Shown: in pieces, positions 35,838-44,594 of the stretch
Layout: each line of letters starts with the position of its first letter
Numbering within the stretch: the stretch's first letter is position 1
Sequence record: PX405663.1
Length of the DNA stretch: 45,326 bases
Strand: one strand, 5' to 3'
DNA from: a phage
Translations under genes and position numbers: made by a program
Notes under the pieces: model-generated
Told to the model about the DNA's origin: nothing
What the model saw: only the letters and a program-made list of their open reading frames with translations
Databases searched by the model: none

Positions 35838-35905
35838 TTTTTAGTGGGGGCGGTATTGCCCCCGACGTGATTAAGATACTGCAACCAACCTATTGGTTGC
35901 AAGTG
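35838..35905 (-). promoter_or_regulatory. inverted pair of TGCAACCAA/TTGGTTGCA motifs followed by a leader hairpin
   Basis: Plus strand 35880..35902 TGCAACCAACCTATTGGTTGCA; GGGGGCGGTATTGCCCCC hairpin between motif and SD. Confidence 0.45.
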
Positions 35906-36360
35906 AATTTTGCAACGTTTATCGCATAAATTTTCGGGACCAGATCGCCGCACGCCCGACGAATTGCCGCGATGTTCTTCGGACAGTCTTCAATGATGAC
36001 CAGTTCCGACACGTCCGCGTAACAGACCATTTTGAACACGGCGCACGCCTTAAACTCTGGTGGCGGGGTGTCGTCCAGCATGTGGCGCATAAACAACCGG
36101 CCTACAGGGAATACCTCCAATTGCTCGGCGGTAGTGTCCCAACATTCTCTCTGCCGGTTGGTCAGATACGCGATCTCGAAGCCTTGATCTCTGTACATGC
36201 GCAGCAGCGGCAGCATATCCATGTTCAGGTCTTCGCGTACGTGCGCTTTGTGCCACTTCGCCCAAAATGTTGATTTGGTTTTTATACCCGGAACCAGGTC
36301 GGCACGCGCATCGCTTGAACCGTTAATAACGCCATCCAGATCGCAAATCAGTAATTTCAT
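35890..36360 (-). CDS. HAD-superfamily phosphatase-like protein
   Basis: 156 aa; N-terminal LICDLDGVI matches HAD motif I; GAGGAG SD. Confidence 0.5.
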   Translation of the reverse strand: MKLLICDLDGVINGSSDARADLVPGIKTKSTFWAKWHKAHVREDLNMDMLPLLRMYRDQGFEIAYLTNRQRECWDTTAEQLEVFPVGRLFMRHMLDDTPPPEFKACAVFKMVCYADVSELVIIEDCPKNIAAIRRACGDLVPKIYAINVAKFTCNQ

Positions 36361-36581
36361 TTCAACTCCTCGATCAGATTCATACGAACAACACGGGCAG
36401 AAAAAGCGTCACACACAAGATGACAACGGGCGGACATTACAAGCCAGCCGGTAAGGTCCATGCCGAGCAATTGCTCTGGGCGACTGACCCGCTGCACTTT
36501 GTTCTCCCTCGGGTTAATTTGGTAGCGTTTAACGATTTCGTCCACGACGCGCATACTGCGGTCAACGACTAAGATATTCAT
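36357..36581 (-). CDS. small hypothetical protein
   Basis: Track ORF 36357..36590 (GTG) or the ATG at 36581. Confidence 0.3.
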   Translation of the reverse strand: MNILVVDRSMRVVDEIVKRYQINPRENKVQRVSRPEQLLGMDLTGWLVMSARCHLVCDAFSARVVRMNLIEELK

Positions 36582-37047
36582 GTAGCTCACTCTCGCTCAT
36601 TATTTCAATTTGTGCGCTGCCGCTGGGCGGCGCTTCGTCAAATATTATTAATTGCTGGCACTTGTTATTGCTCGGACCGACTTCGCCGGTGACGGCGTGG
36701 ATGAATCTAATCCGCCAGTCCAGAAGAATTATCATATTGGCGGTCTTCCGGGCCAGCCTCGCCCACTTCGTCGACGTGTCCTGATTCAGCAGCATGACAG
36801 TCCGGCGTCCGTGCGCTGCGCACTCGACCCACGGCAGCGGATCGGAATATGGCGGGTTGCACCATTTCCACCCTTTCAACTCGGACCAGTCAGCATCAAG
36901 CGCGCTGTGTTCCGCCGTGAAGTATCGCGGTAGCAGGTGATTGGCATCGCTTGCCGCCATATCGTAACGGAATCGGTATTTCCGGCGCAGCGGTTTAAAT
37001 AAAGCTGGCGGCGTGCGCCAGCTATCTTTCTGCTCACTCTTCGTCAT
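36562..37047 (-). CDS. DNA N6-adenine methyltransferase (phage Dam-like)
   Basis: Track ORF 36562..37164 trimmed to avoid a 130-nt overlap; WRTPPALF and WCNPPYS (NPPY catalytic motif). Confidence 0.65.
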   Translation of the reverse strand: MTKSEQKDSWRTPPALFKPLRRKYRFRYDMAASDANHLLPRYFTAEHSALDADWSELKGWKWCNPPYSDPLPWVECAAHGRRTVMLLNQDTSTKWARLARKTANMIILLDWRIRFIHAVTGEVGPSNNKCQQLIIFDEAPPSGSAQIEIMSESELHEYLSR

Positions 37048-37492
37048 TCTGCGGGTCCAGTGCGTACAGGGCCGTTTTCTTGTCTCGGGTAAGTACGCGC
37101 TGGATCCGCGCCATCTCATCCTTGCCAAGAGGTCGGCTATCGGAATAGTAGCTGCCGTTCGCACGCCACGCTATCAGCACCAGGTCTTTCCTGTCGATCT
37201 TAGACTGGCGGCCCTTCGGTCGCACGTACTCCTCGGCGCGTTTACAATGCTCGCGCAGACCTTCGGCAGTGATGCGGTTTAGCGCCACGCTGGTGGTGTA
37301 TCCTGTGCGCTGCATAATCCCCATCAATTCGAAAAGCAGTTCGAAGCGCTCCTCTAACTCCATGCGGCGCTTTTCTTCCGTTTCATAGCTTGACAGGTAG
37401 GTATCTGCCAGCGCGCTGACGCGTTCTGCCTGCTCGCGGGCTTTAAGGCATTGCGCGGACCAGTAATCTTTTTCTTCTTGTAAAATTTTCAT
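37034..37492 (-). CDS. hypothetical coiled-coil protein (152 aa)
   Basis: ORF track; GGAG SD. Confidence 0.5.
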   Translation of the reverse strand: MKILQEEKDYWSAQCLKAREQAERVSALADTYLSSYETEEKRRMELEERFELLFELMGIMQRTGYTTSVALNRITAEGLREHCKRAEEYVRPKGRQSKIDRKDLVLIAWRANGSYYSDSRPLGKDEMARIQRVLTRDKKTALYALDPQNDEE

Positions 37493-37501
37493 CGTGTTGT
37501 C

Positions 37502-37580
37502 TCCAGGTATTAAAAAGGGCGTCCAAACCGGACACCCTCAATATAATGCAACCAATACGATTATGCAACCAATTTACGCA
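37502..37580 (-). promoter_or_regulatory. tandem TATTGGTTGCA motifs with TATATT, followed by leader hairpin plus T-run
   Basis: Minus strand reads AAATTGGTTGCATAATCGTATTGGTTGCATTATATTGAG then GGGTGTCCGGTTTGGACGCCC TTTTT then SD and ATG. Confidence 0.5.
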
Positions 37581-37897
37581 TAAAAGTTAGGGTCGCGCGC
37601 AACGTCCACCAAATAAAGATTGCTGATCCGGTTGCCGTAATGGCCTGGCGTGCGCTGACGGCACACAACGGCGAAGCCTGGGGGGATTGTATTGCCGGTC
37701 GCGATAATCCACGCCACGCGCGCGCCAGACAGCGTCTTGCCGTTGCATTCGATACGAGTACCGCCATCGGCAGTATTGAGGTTGCCAATCTTGCAGCCGG
37801 TTGACTTAAGGCGGATAACGCCGGTCTTGCTGTCGTAGGAAAAAAGCTGATTGGTCATTGCCACTGAAAAGTCGATGGCGTCGAATGCAGTATTCAT
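37574..37897 (-). CDS. HNH endonuclease-like protein (possibly degenerate)
   Basis: 107 aa; ARVAWIIATG...GHYGNRISNL resembles phage HNH homing-endonuclease layout but canonical His residues are not all evident. Confidence 0.35.
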   Translation of the reverse strand: MNTAFDAIDFSVAMTNQLFSYDSKTGVIRLKSTGCKIGNLNTADGGTRIECNGKTLSGARVAWIIATGNTIPPGFAVVCRQRTPGHYGNRISNLYLVDVARDPNFYA

Positions 37898-38589
37898 TTT
37901 AAATTTTCCTCGTTAACCGCTATTGCGAAGCCGCGCGGGGTGAGCGACCTGATTAATTTGGTGCGGGCAGATTTGCCTCCGAGGCGACTATACTGCTTCG
38001 AGTACCCTTTTTCAACGAAAACAGGTTTCTTCTCTGGCATACGGAAGCCGTTGCCGGTCCATAAGCAGGTCAGCTTCGGATATGAATCGCGGGCGTTGAT
38101 GTATTCCGGGAATAACGGGTGCACGTCATCCTCCGGCAGATATCCGCCATACTCCCACGGATCAAACGAGTGGTCCGGCTTACGCCATTGAGTTGATAGC
38201 ACGCTGCGCGGATTCTCAATCATATATGGCACTTCGAAGAAGTCACCCAGGTAAGCGGCGATCTTCGCGGTGCGCACCGCCTTAAGCTGAAAGGCTGGGT
38301 CTTTTGCACGCTTGCGCGGGAAAGCTGGCGCACCGCTCACCGCCAGATCCGTACACGGTGGGAACGCATAAATGATATCCGGCGTACCGAAATCGCCATT
38401 CATCGCGCGGTCTACAAAGTCCAGATCAATAAACTCATTGCGATATCGGATCCCGCGACCATAAATCCGGTAGTCCAGGTAAGACCCGTGATCAGCTTCG
38501 GAGTAGTTGAAGCAATAACACTTATGCCCCATCTCGGCAGCACGCTCAATCATCAAGCCGCTGCCGTCAAACAATGACCAGATAATCAT
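37894..38589 (-). CDS. divergent C5-cytosine methyltransferase-like protein (231 aa)
   Basis: SLFDGSG (motif I-like FxGxG), FPPCTD (motif IV-like Pro-Cys), ENP (motif VI-like); shorter than typical; ATGA overlap with helicase gene. Confidence 0.4.
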   Translation of the reverse strand: MIIWSLFDGSGLMIERAAEMGHKCYCFNYSEADHGSYLDYRIYGRGIRYRNEFIDLDFVDRAMNGDFGTPDIIYAFPPCTDLAVSGAPAFPRKRAKDPAFQLKAVRTAKIAAYLGDFFEVPYMIENPRSVLSTQWRKPDHSFDPWEYGGYLPEDDVHPLFPEYINARDSYPKLTCLWTGNGFRMPEKKPVFVEKGYSKQYSRLGGKSARTKLIRSLTPRGFAIAVNEENLK

Positions 38590-40010
38590 TTGCGCGCCTT
38601 TTTAGCTTTCATGTATTCCATCAAGTCGTCCTGAATATCGCGCTTACTGTCGCGACGCTCGGCGACCAGTTCGTCAAGTGTGCCGCGTGCCTGGATAATA
38701 TAGACGAATACAGGACGGGGGTGTCCGGCTTGCATCTGGCGAACCGGCCCGATACGCTCCACGATCTGCGCAAAGTGCTCATAGTTCCAGGTGTCTGAGA
38801 AGATAGCAAGGTGGTGTCCGCCATCCTGCAAGTTAAGGCCGTGACCCGCCGATGCCGGGTGTGCGAACATGATGGGGATCTCGCCCCTGTTCCACGCTTC
38901 CATATCCTTATTGCCTTGCTTTCCCTTACCCATAGCGACGCCGTGTGGGAATTTCTTCTTAAGACGTGCCAAGTCATGCTTGTACTGGTATGCGACGAGC
39001 AACGGTGCGCCGTTCAACTCCTCCACGATACTTTCCAGCGCGTCCAGCTTAGCGTCGTGAATTTTCACCCATTCGTCGGTCCGTTCGCCGTCTTCGTCGA
39101 CCTTATACACGGCCCCGGAAGCAAGCTGAAGGCACTTAATGGTCTTCGACGCAGCGTTCGCCGCCTCCACAGTTCCGCTTTCCAGTTCGGCAAATAGCTC
39201 CGCTTCGAACTGGTCATAAATCTTGCGGGCTTTCCTCGGCAGGTCCACAACAACCGGCGTATAGATTGGTTTATCACATCCGAAGTATTCAGCCGCGTCA
39301 ACGGTGAGCGATACGTCAGACAGGCGTTGTTGTATTTCTTTCTCGGAGTTCTTGAGCGGGGCGTGTTGCATCGTGAAGCTGCCAGGCTTAACAGGCTTGC
39401 TAATAAACCAGCGGTCCGTAAATGCCTTATAGCTACTGCCGAGGCGTTCGCCACCATCGACAAACCACGTCTGACCCCACAGGTCTTTCAGTCCGTTTGG
39501 CGCGGGTGTGCCTGTAAGGTTAATCCAGCGCTTGACGCGCTTATGTGCGATCGCCGCCAGGGCGCGGGCGCGCTTACTGCCCTGCTTGCTGCGGTAGCCT
39601 TTCAGCTTAGTGGATTCATCGGCAACAACGACCGTAAAGGGCCACTCGTCGCCGCAATAGTCAACCAGCCACTCAACCACATCATAGTTAACACAAACCA
39701 CGTTAGCGTCGCTCTCAAGCGCAGCGATGCGGTCCTTCTCTGACCCGGTGCCGTCTACTACCAGCAGGGCGGGGAAGCGCCATTTCTCCTGCTCCGGGGG
39801 CCATGTACCGGACGCAACGCGCAGCGGGGCCAGCACCAGTACGCGGTCCTCCTGGTTGGACAGGATACCAGTCTGGAACATTTTATTCAGCGCCCACATA
39901 GTCGCGCCGGTTTTACCCGACCCCATTGTCGCCCATATATTGCATCGCTTATGCTTGAGGATGAACGCGGTTATCAACTTCTGATATTCGCGACGTCGGA
40001 AACGTGCCAT
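38586..40010 (-). CDS. SNF2/DEAD-like superfamily 2 helicase
   Basis: Track ORF 38586..40100 trimmed to MARFRR; Walker A GSGKTG, DEST Walker B-like, C-terminal helicase domain. Confidence 0.75.
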   Translation of the reverse strand: MARFRRREYQKLITAFILKHKRCNIWATMGSGKTGATMWALNKMFQTGILSNQEDRVLVLAPLRVASGTWPPEQEKWRFPALLVVDGTGSEKDRIAALESDANVVCVNYDVVEWLVDYCGDEWPFTVVVADESTKLKGYRSKQGSKRARALAAIAHKRVKRWINLTGTPAPNGLKDLWGQTWFVDGGERLGSSYKAFTDRWFISKPVKPGSFTMQHAPLKNSEKEIQQRLSDVSLTVDAAEYFGCDKPIYTPVVVDLPRKARKIYDQFEAELFAELESGTVEAANAASKTIKCLQLASGAVYKVDEDGERTDEWVKIHDAKLDALESIVEELNGAPLLVAYQYKHDLARLKKKFPHGVAMGKGKQGNKDMEAWNRGEIPIMFAHPASAGHGLNLQDGGHHLAIFSDTWNYEHFAQIVERIGPVRQMQAGHPRPVFVYIIQARGTLDELVAERRDSKRDIQDDLMEYMKAKKARK

Positions 40011-40014
40011 ATCT

Positions 40015-40233
40015 TTATTCCGCCTTTTTCCAGACTTCGGTTTCACTGTTCCAATTCCTTTTTGTGGCGTCGTAGTTGGTGCGGTGCCCGATGTGCACAC
40101 CCGTCGCCCTGAAGCCCTTAAATTTTTGCCAGCATACCGTCAACGGCAGCGGGTCGTTCATGCCCGCGATAAACCATACGCGATCGCCCGGTTTACATTC
40201 GCCCAGCTTGGTGAGTCGGTAATGATCTTTCAT
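40015..40233 (-). CDS. hypothetical protein (about 72 aa)
   Basis: ORF track 40015..40239; AGGAGA SD favours the second ATG. Confidence 0.4.
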   Translation of the reverse strand: MKDHYRLTKLGECKPGDRVWFIAGMNDPLPLTVCWQKFKGFRATGVHIGHRTNYDATKRNWNSETEVWKKAE

Positions 40234-40244
40234 CGTCATGTCTC

Positions 40245-40270
40245 CTAAAAATGGCGGGCTTGTCCCGCCG
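40245..40270 (-). terminator. intra-operon hairpin plus T-run (minus strand) whose stem is GCGGGACAAGCCCGC
   Basis: Read on the minus strand: stem-loop followed by ATTTTT. Confidence 0.4.
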
Positions 40271-40276
40271 TATTAA

Positions 40277-40450
40277 TTATTTTTGCGCTGCGCGGTAGCG
40301 GCGCTGCCGTTCACGCTCTTTTTTATTGCGGCACGATTTGCACTCGGCACGATACCCATCGGGGCTGCGCGCAGTTTTGCCGGTGTATTTGTGGAACTGG
40401 GATAGCGGCTTGACGCAACCGCAATTACTACAACGTTTTTCTTCAACCAT
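40277..40450 (-). CDS. small zinc-ribbon protein (about 57 aa)
   Basis: Track ORF 40277..40522 trimmed to MVEEKRCSNCG with GAGGA SD; CxxC...CxxC. Confidence 0.4.
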   Translation of the reverse strand: MVEEKRCSNCGCVKPLSQFHKYTGKTARSPDGYRAECKSCRNKKERERQRRYRAAQK

Positions 40451-40490
40451 TTCTAAAATCCTCGATAGGGCTAACCTGCCAACTATACTG

Positions 40491-40769
40491 CTACGCGACC
40501 AATTCAGCAACCAATAAATCACAGTCGGCTATGTTGTCGATGACGCGAACGTCCGCACCGCGGCGGGCCATTCGCTCATGTTCTCGTACCTGGTGCGGCT
40601 TCGGTTTTCCTCTGGGGCGCTTCACTTCGACGAACACTATTTTGCCGTTGATTATAATAATCAGGTCGGGCGCACCTGCGCGCCCCTCCCATGCCAGTTT
40701 GCGGCAGAATCCGCCGACCTCTTTCACCCGTCGCATCAGGTGACTTTGAATCTTGCCTTCTGGTGTCAT
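40491..40769 (-). CDS. VRR-NUC domain nuclease
   Basis: 92 aa; APDLIIIINGKIVFVEVKRPRGKPKPHQVREHERM matches the VRR-NUC D..EVK..Q pattern. Confidence 0.65.
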   Translation of the reverse strand: MTPEGKIQSHLMRRVKEVGGFCRKLAWEGRAGAPDLIIIINGKIVFVEVKRPRGKPKPHQVREHERMARRGADVRVIDNIADCDLLVAELVA

Positions 40770-40957
40770 TTGGTCTGCAACTCCACGTTACGCAGACGGA
40801 GGTCTACCGGTATATCCGATCGCCCGGTTAGCGCCAGCGCCAGGTTTTCAGGCGTGACAAGTGCAGTTATGGTCTTGCCGCGTTCCAGTCTAATGACAAT
40901 TCGAATCTCGTCATTGTCCGTCGCGCCAGCGCGCATTATGCTCATTTCTGCTTTCAT
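40766..40957 (-). CDS. hypothetical protein (about 63 aa)
   Basis: Track ORF 40766..41002 trimmed to the ATG after AGGAAA; lies just after the polymerase stop. Confidence 0.4.
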   Translation of the reverse strand: MKAEMSIMRAGATDNDEIRIVIRLERGKTITALVTPENLALALTGRSDIPVDLRLRNVELQTK

Positions 40958-40961
40958 AATC

Positions 40962-43253
40962 TTATTTCCTGTATCTGTACATAATGTCGCCTTCCGCGGC
41001 AAGCGGGAAGCCTTTCGCCCAAACAGGCAGGTCGCACATCAGCGCGCATAGCTCCTCGGTCGTGTAGTCGTCAGTATCCGGAACTTCGGTGATCAATTCA
41101 TCGTGCACTGACAGGACGATCTCATAGCCAGCAGCCTCAACGCCGGGCATGGACCACGCGAGGATATCGCGACACAGCGCCTGTACGATGTTTTCCGTCA
41201 GTTTGCCGCCGTAGGTATACTGGAAGCCCCACTGGCGCGTCGTCTGATTCTCGCCCTGGTATTTGATGCGGGTGCTGGTGCGCTTCTTGCCGGTGTCTTC
41301 GTCGATCTCGGTCGTGACAGACAGCGCGATGCCGGGGTAGCTCATGATGCGCCCTGACGGCAACTCAATTTTCAACCACCACCCCGCGGCGTTCGGGTCG
41401 TCGCGCTCCTCGTCGAAGGTGGGGTCGTGCTTCGCCTTCGTGCGGACTATCTTGAGCGCTTTCTTGCCATCCGGGCGAACGTTCGCGCCAGCCCAGTACG
41501 CTTTGCCCGGATTGCGGATCGCGCAGAGCACCGCGTCTTCCAGTTCAGCCCAAAATTCTACCGTCTTCGGGTGCGACTCGCGCCACATTCGTTTGATCGC
41601 ATCACACGTCAACCATACGTTTTTCGGCAGTATATAAGTTGGGCGCTCGTCCTTCTTGCCAGGCTTCGGCGGGCGCTTCGCTTCGTTGATCCGGGCGTAC
41701 TCATAACCCCGTTTCGCCGCCGCCCAAATGTGATCGGGGAATGTGCCCTTCATCACTTCAGCCATCGCGTAAAGGTCGAGGCCCAGGTTTTTAGCGAACT
41801 GCAAGAACGCCGCCACGCCACCACCATAGCCCAGGCCCAATTCGCACGCCTTACCGATCTGGCGTAAGTCTTTGCGGTTGGCTTTAATGTATTCCGGGTC
41901 GAGGCCAAACATCTTACCGGCAGTTTCACAATAGATATCGCGACCCGCCCTAAACACCATTAGCGCGGTTTTCTCGCCAGCGATCCAGGCGAGGCCACGC
42001 CCTTCTACGTTGGAGAAGTCCGCTACGACAAACTTCTTACCCTTCGCCGGAATAATGCACCCGCGAACAGTAGAGGCCGTTAGCTTCGATATGTCATACG
42101 CCCAGTGTGCGGTCCCGCGTAACAGGGAGTTGATGCCGTTGGTGAGCATGTGCGACCGCACCCAAAACGCGACGTCGCTCTCGCCATCCCGGCGCTTAAT
42201 CTTCCCTTCGTGGTCGTCGCTATACTCGCCACGTGCCAGGTTTTGCGGCTGGAAGCCCTTTCCGGCCCAGCGTAGCGTGCGCTTTGCCCCACCATACTGA
42301 AGACAACCACGGCGGCGTCCATCGGCAGACAGCCCATTTACGAGCGGATTGTACTTAGTCGATGCCGTTGATGACGCGCCGAGGCGCATCTCGATAAGCA
42401 CTTTGCCCTCGTCGGGGAAGTCCGGGTCTTCCAGCAGTTCGTTAAGCGTGGATTTCTGCGCGTTGTGTATTGTGAACGCAGGTGCGAGGTCGCGCAGCGC
42501 TGGCAGGAAGTCATTGCCGGTCAGCTTACCGCCGAAGCGCTCCCATGCTTCTTCCTTCAATTCTTCCTTATGCGCCTGCACCGCTTTGATCGCGGCGTTA
42601 GCCAGGTCAACGTCCACATAGAAGCCGCGGTCGTTAATCATCTGGTCAATAAGCAGGATTTCATCTTCCTTCGGCGTGTTGCCCCAGTCTGGTATGCGCC
42701 AGTAGACTTCACGCATAGCAACAATATCCAGCGCGGCGTAGCGCAGGAATTTAGCCCACTCCTCGGGGTGCGTCTCGCGCGTATAGCGACGGATTTTGTA
42801 GGTCTTAGGGGTTGGCTTACAGAATCGTTTGATTAGCGCCTTGCCAGCCTTATCCTTCGCGTGCTCTGCGTCAACGCCCAACACCTGGCACTGCATATCG
42901 AGGCTACCCGGCAGCGCGTGGCGAAAGGCCATAATCATGGTATCTTCGATCTGGCCTACCGGCAGGTCAATGCCCCACTTCTCGCGAATAACCAGGCGGT
43001 CAAACAGGAGGCCGTTAGCCATCACGATTTTTGCTTTCTTGCGGGATACCCGGCGGAGCGCCTTGCGCAGTTCACGCGGCATTGTGGGGGATTCGGTGCA
43101 ATCCCATGTCTGTACGCGGCCCTCGTCGATGGCGTATGTGCAAATCATAATCTCGGTAGTTGGGTGTTCCGCGTAGGCGTATGCGCCCACTTTCTTCAGG
43201 TCCACCCCGCTAAATGTCTCGGTATCGAGAAAAAGGCGTTCGAAGTCTTTCAT
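40962..43253 (-). CDS. family A DNA polymerase with 3'-5' exonuclease domain
   Basis: 763-aa ORF; N-terminal LFLDTETFSG (Exo I DxE), C-terminal polymerase region; GAGGA SD. Confidence 0.9.
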   Translation of the reverse strand: MKDFERLFLDTETFSGVDLKKVGAYAYAEHPTTEIMICTYAIDEGRVQTWDCTESPTMPRELRKALRRVSRKKAKIVMANGLLFDRLVIREKWGIDLPVGQIEDTMIMAFRHALPGSLDMQCQVLGVDAEHAKDKAGKALIKRFCKPTPKTYKIRRYTRETHPEEWAKFLRYAALDIVAMREVYWRIPDWGNTPKEDEILLIDQMINDRGFYVDVDLANAAIKAVQAHKEELKEEAWERFGGKLTGNDFLPALRDLAPAFTIHNAQKSTLNELLEDPDFPDEGKVLIEMRLGASSTASTKYNPLVNGLSADGRRRGCLQYGGAKRTLRWAGKGFQPQNLARGEYSDDHEGKIKRRDGESDVAFWVRSHMLTNGINSLLRGTAHWAYDISKLTASTVRGCIIPAKGKKFVVADFSNVEGRGLAWIAGEKTALMVFRAGRDIYCETAGKMFGLDPEYIKANRKDLRQIGKACELGLGYGGGVAAFLQFAKNLGLDLYAMAEVMKGTFPDHIWAAAKRGYEYARINEAKRPPKPGKKDERPTYILPKNVWLTCDAIKRMWRESHPKTVEFWAELEDAVLCAIRNPGKAYWAGANVRPDGKKALKIVRTKAKHDPTFDEERDDPNAAGWWLKIELPSGRIMSYPGIALSVTTEIDEDTGKKRTSTRIKYQGENQTTRQWGFQYTYGGKLTENIVQALCRDILAWSMPGVEAAGYEIVLSVHDELITEVPDTDDYTTEELCALMCDLPVWAKGFPLAAEGDIMYRYRK

Positions 43254-43419
43254 TGCTTAATCCTCACTACGGCGTCAGCGCTGCCGATCATGGAGAATAT
43301 ACCGTCGGAAAGGGCTATCTCCTCGCCGTTGTTGCGGATCTCGGCAACTGTGAAATACTCCCCCAGTAGCTTGGACCATACCCGCATTCCGACTTTTACT
43401 TCGCTGGCTTTAATGCGCA
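43252..43419 (-). CDS. small hypothetical protein (about 55 aa), not in ORF track
   Basis: Hand-read ORF MRIKASEVKVGMRVWSKLLGEYF...; stop overlaps polymerase start (ATGA). Confidence 0.3.
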
Positions 43420-43433
43420 TTTTTCATTGTCCT

Positions 43434-43460
43434 ATTAAAAAGCCCGCATTAAGCGGGCTT
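43434..43460 (-). terminator. rho-independent terminator (minus strand) after the SSB-like gene
   Basis: Minus strand AAGCCCGCTTAATGCGGGCTT followed by TTTTT. Confidence 0.55.
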
Positions 43461-43478
43461 GATTAGTGGGCTTTGCCC

Positions 43479-44261
43479 TTAACGGCGGCGACGTTTGCGT
43501 GGCGCTTCGTCTTCGTCGTCGTCCTCATCTTCGTCATCGCGTGGCTTACGACGTTTGCGAGGTTTTTCATCTTCCTCGTCGTCGTCGTCATCGCGGCGCT
43601 TGGACTTTTTGGACTTGCGCGGCTTGTCATCTTCATCATCGTCATCACGACGTTTTGACTTCTTAGCCTTGCGCGGTGCTTCGTCTTCGTCATCGTTGTC
43701 CAGGTCTTCATCGGAGCAAGAAGAACCACCACCACCGAAGGATTCGCCGTCATCACGGAAGCGCAGACCCAGCAAGCCAGCACCGAGTCCCTTGCCGTTG
43801 GTATTGTTCCACGCCCAGATATCGAGTGACACGTTGCAATAACAACCGGAGTAGATCTCCTGGCCTTCGATCTCGTCGCCGTCGATGGTCAGGCCTTGTT
43901 CCGTCTGCTTCTCGCCGAGTGACGTTTGAATGATCGGCTGTTTGAACGATTTGGCGTTGATGTACAACATGCCTTCGAACTCTTCGGTTACTTCATCGCG
44001 CTCGTCGCCGTCGCGAACTGCGCATTCCTTAGAATCCTGTGCGTAGTGGCGGTCCATCCACTTATCGGCATTCTTCTCGGATTTCAGCTTGTCGGTGAGC
44101 ACTGCGCGCGCTGCCGCTTCCACTTTGTCCACCTGCGGATCTTCTTTATCAAGAAGAATCACGGCGCGGTATGCCGGTTTTTGTCCATCCTGTTTAGGGG
44201 TATCACGTTCCCAAATTTTCAGGAAACATACGCGCACATTTTTCAGGTTGACTTTAGCCAT
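43479..44261 (-). CDS. DUF2815-like putative ssDNA-binding protein with charged repeat C-terminal tail
   Basis: Track ORF 43479..44282 trimmed to MAKVNLKNVRV with GAGGAA SD; C-terminal repeats of DDDDE/KPRKSKKSKRR blocks; sits between exonuclease and polymerase genes. Confidence 0.5.
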   Translation of the reverse strand: MAKVNLKNVRVCFLKIWERDTPKQDGQKPAYRAVILLDKEDPQVDKVEAAARAVLTDKLKSEKNADKWMDRHYAQDSKECAVRDGDERDEVTEEFEGMLYINAKSFKQPIIQTSLGEKQTEQGLTIDGDEIEGQEIYSGCYCNVSLDIWAWNNTNGKGLGAGLLGLRFRDDGESFGGGGSSCSDEDLDNDDEDEAPRKAKKSKRRDDDDEDDKPRKSKKSKRRDDDDDEEDEKPRKRRKPRDDEDEDDDEDEAPRKRRRR

Positions 44262-44351
44262 TTTCCAATTCCTCATTTTCACATGTATCGGGGCTATTGG
44301 AAGCCACCCCGTTCGGCTTGGTTGCTAATCTACTTGGTTGCGCCTAAGCGG

Positions 44352-44594
44352 TCAAGCATTTTCATTAAAAAGATTTCGGGTAACGTAGTTGGTGGCGTTC
44401 TCGATCCAGCTTAACGGCGGTCGGTCGATGTTCTTCGCCACCCACCCGACGGCGGCGTCGCTATAGCCGTCGTCAAGCCAGCGGGTTGGATGACGAATCA
44501 TCCAGGCCACCATTAGCACGCCTTGCGCGCAATGCAGGATAAAGCCCAGCGCGCCGAGCAAAAACATCAATAAGATTGCGAATACTTTATTCAT
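44352..44594 (-). CDS. small membrane protein (80 aa)
   Basis: ORF track; GAGGAC SD; two hydrophobic helices. Confidence 0.45.
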   Translation of the reverse strand: MNKVFAILLMFLLGALGFILHCAQGVLMVAWMIRHPTRWLDDGYSDAAVGWVAKNIDRPPLSWIENATNYVTRNLFNENA

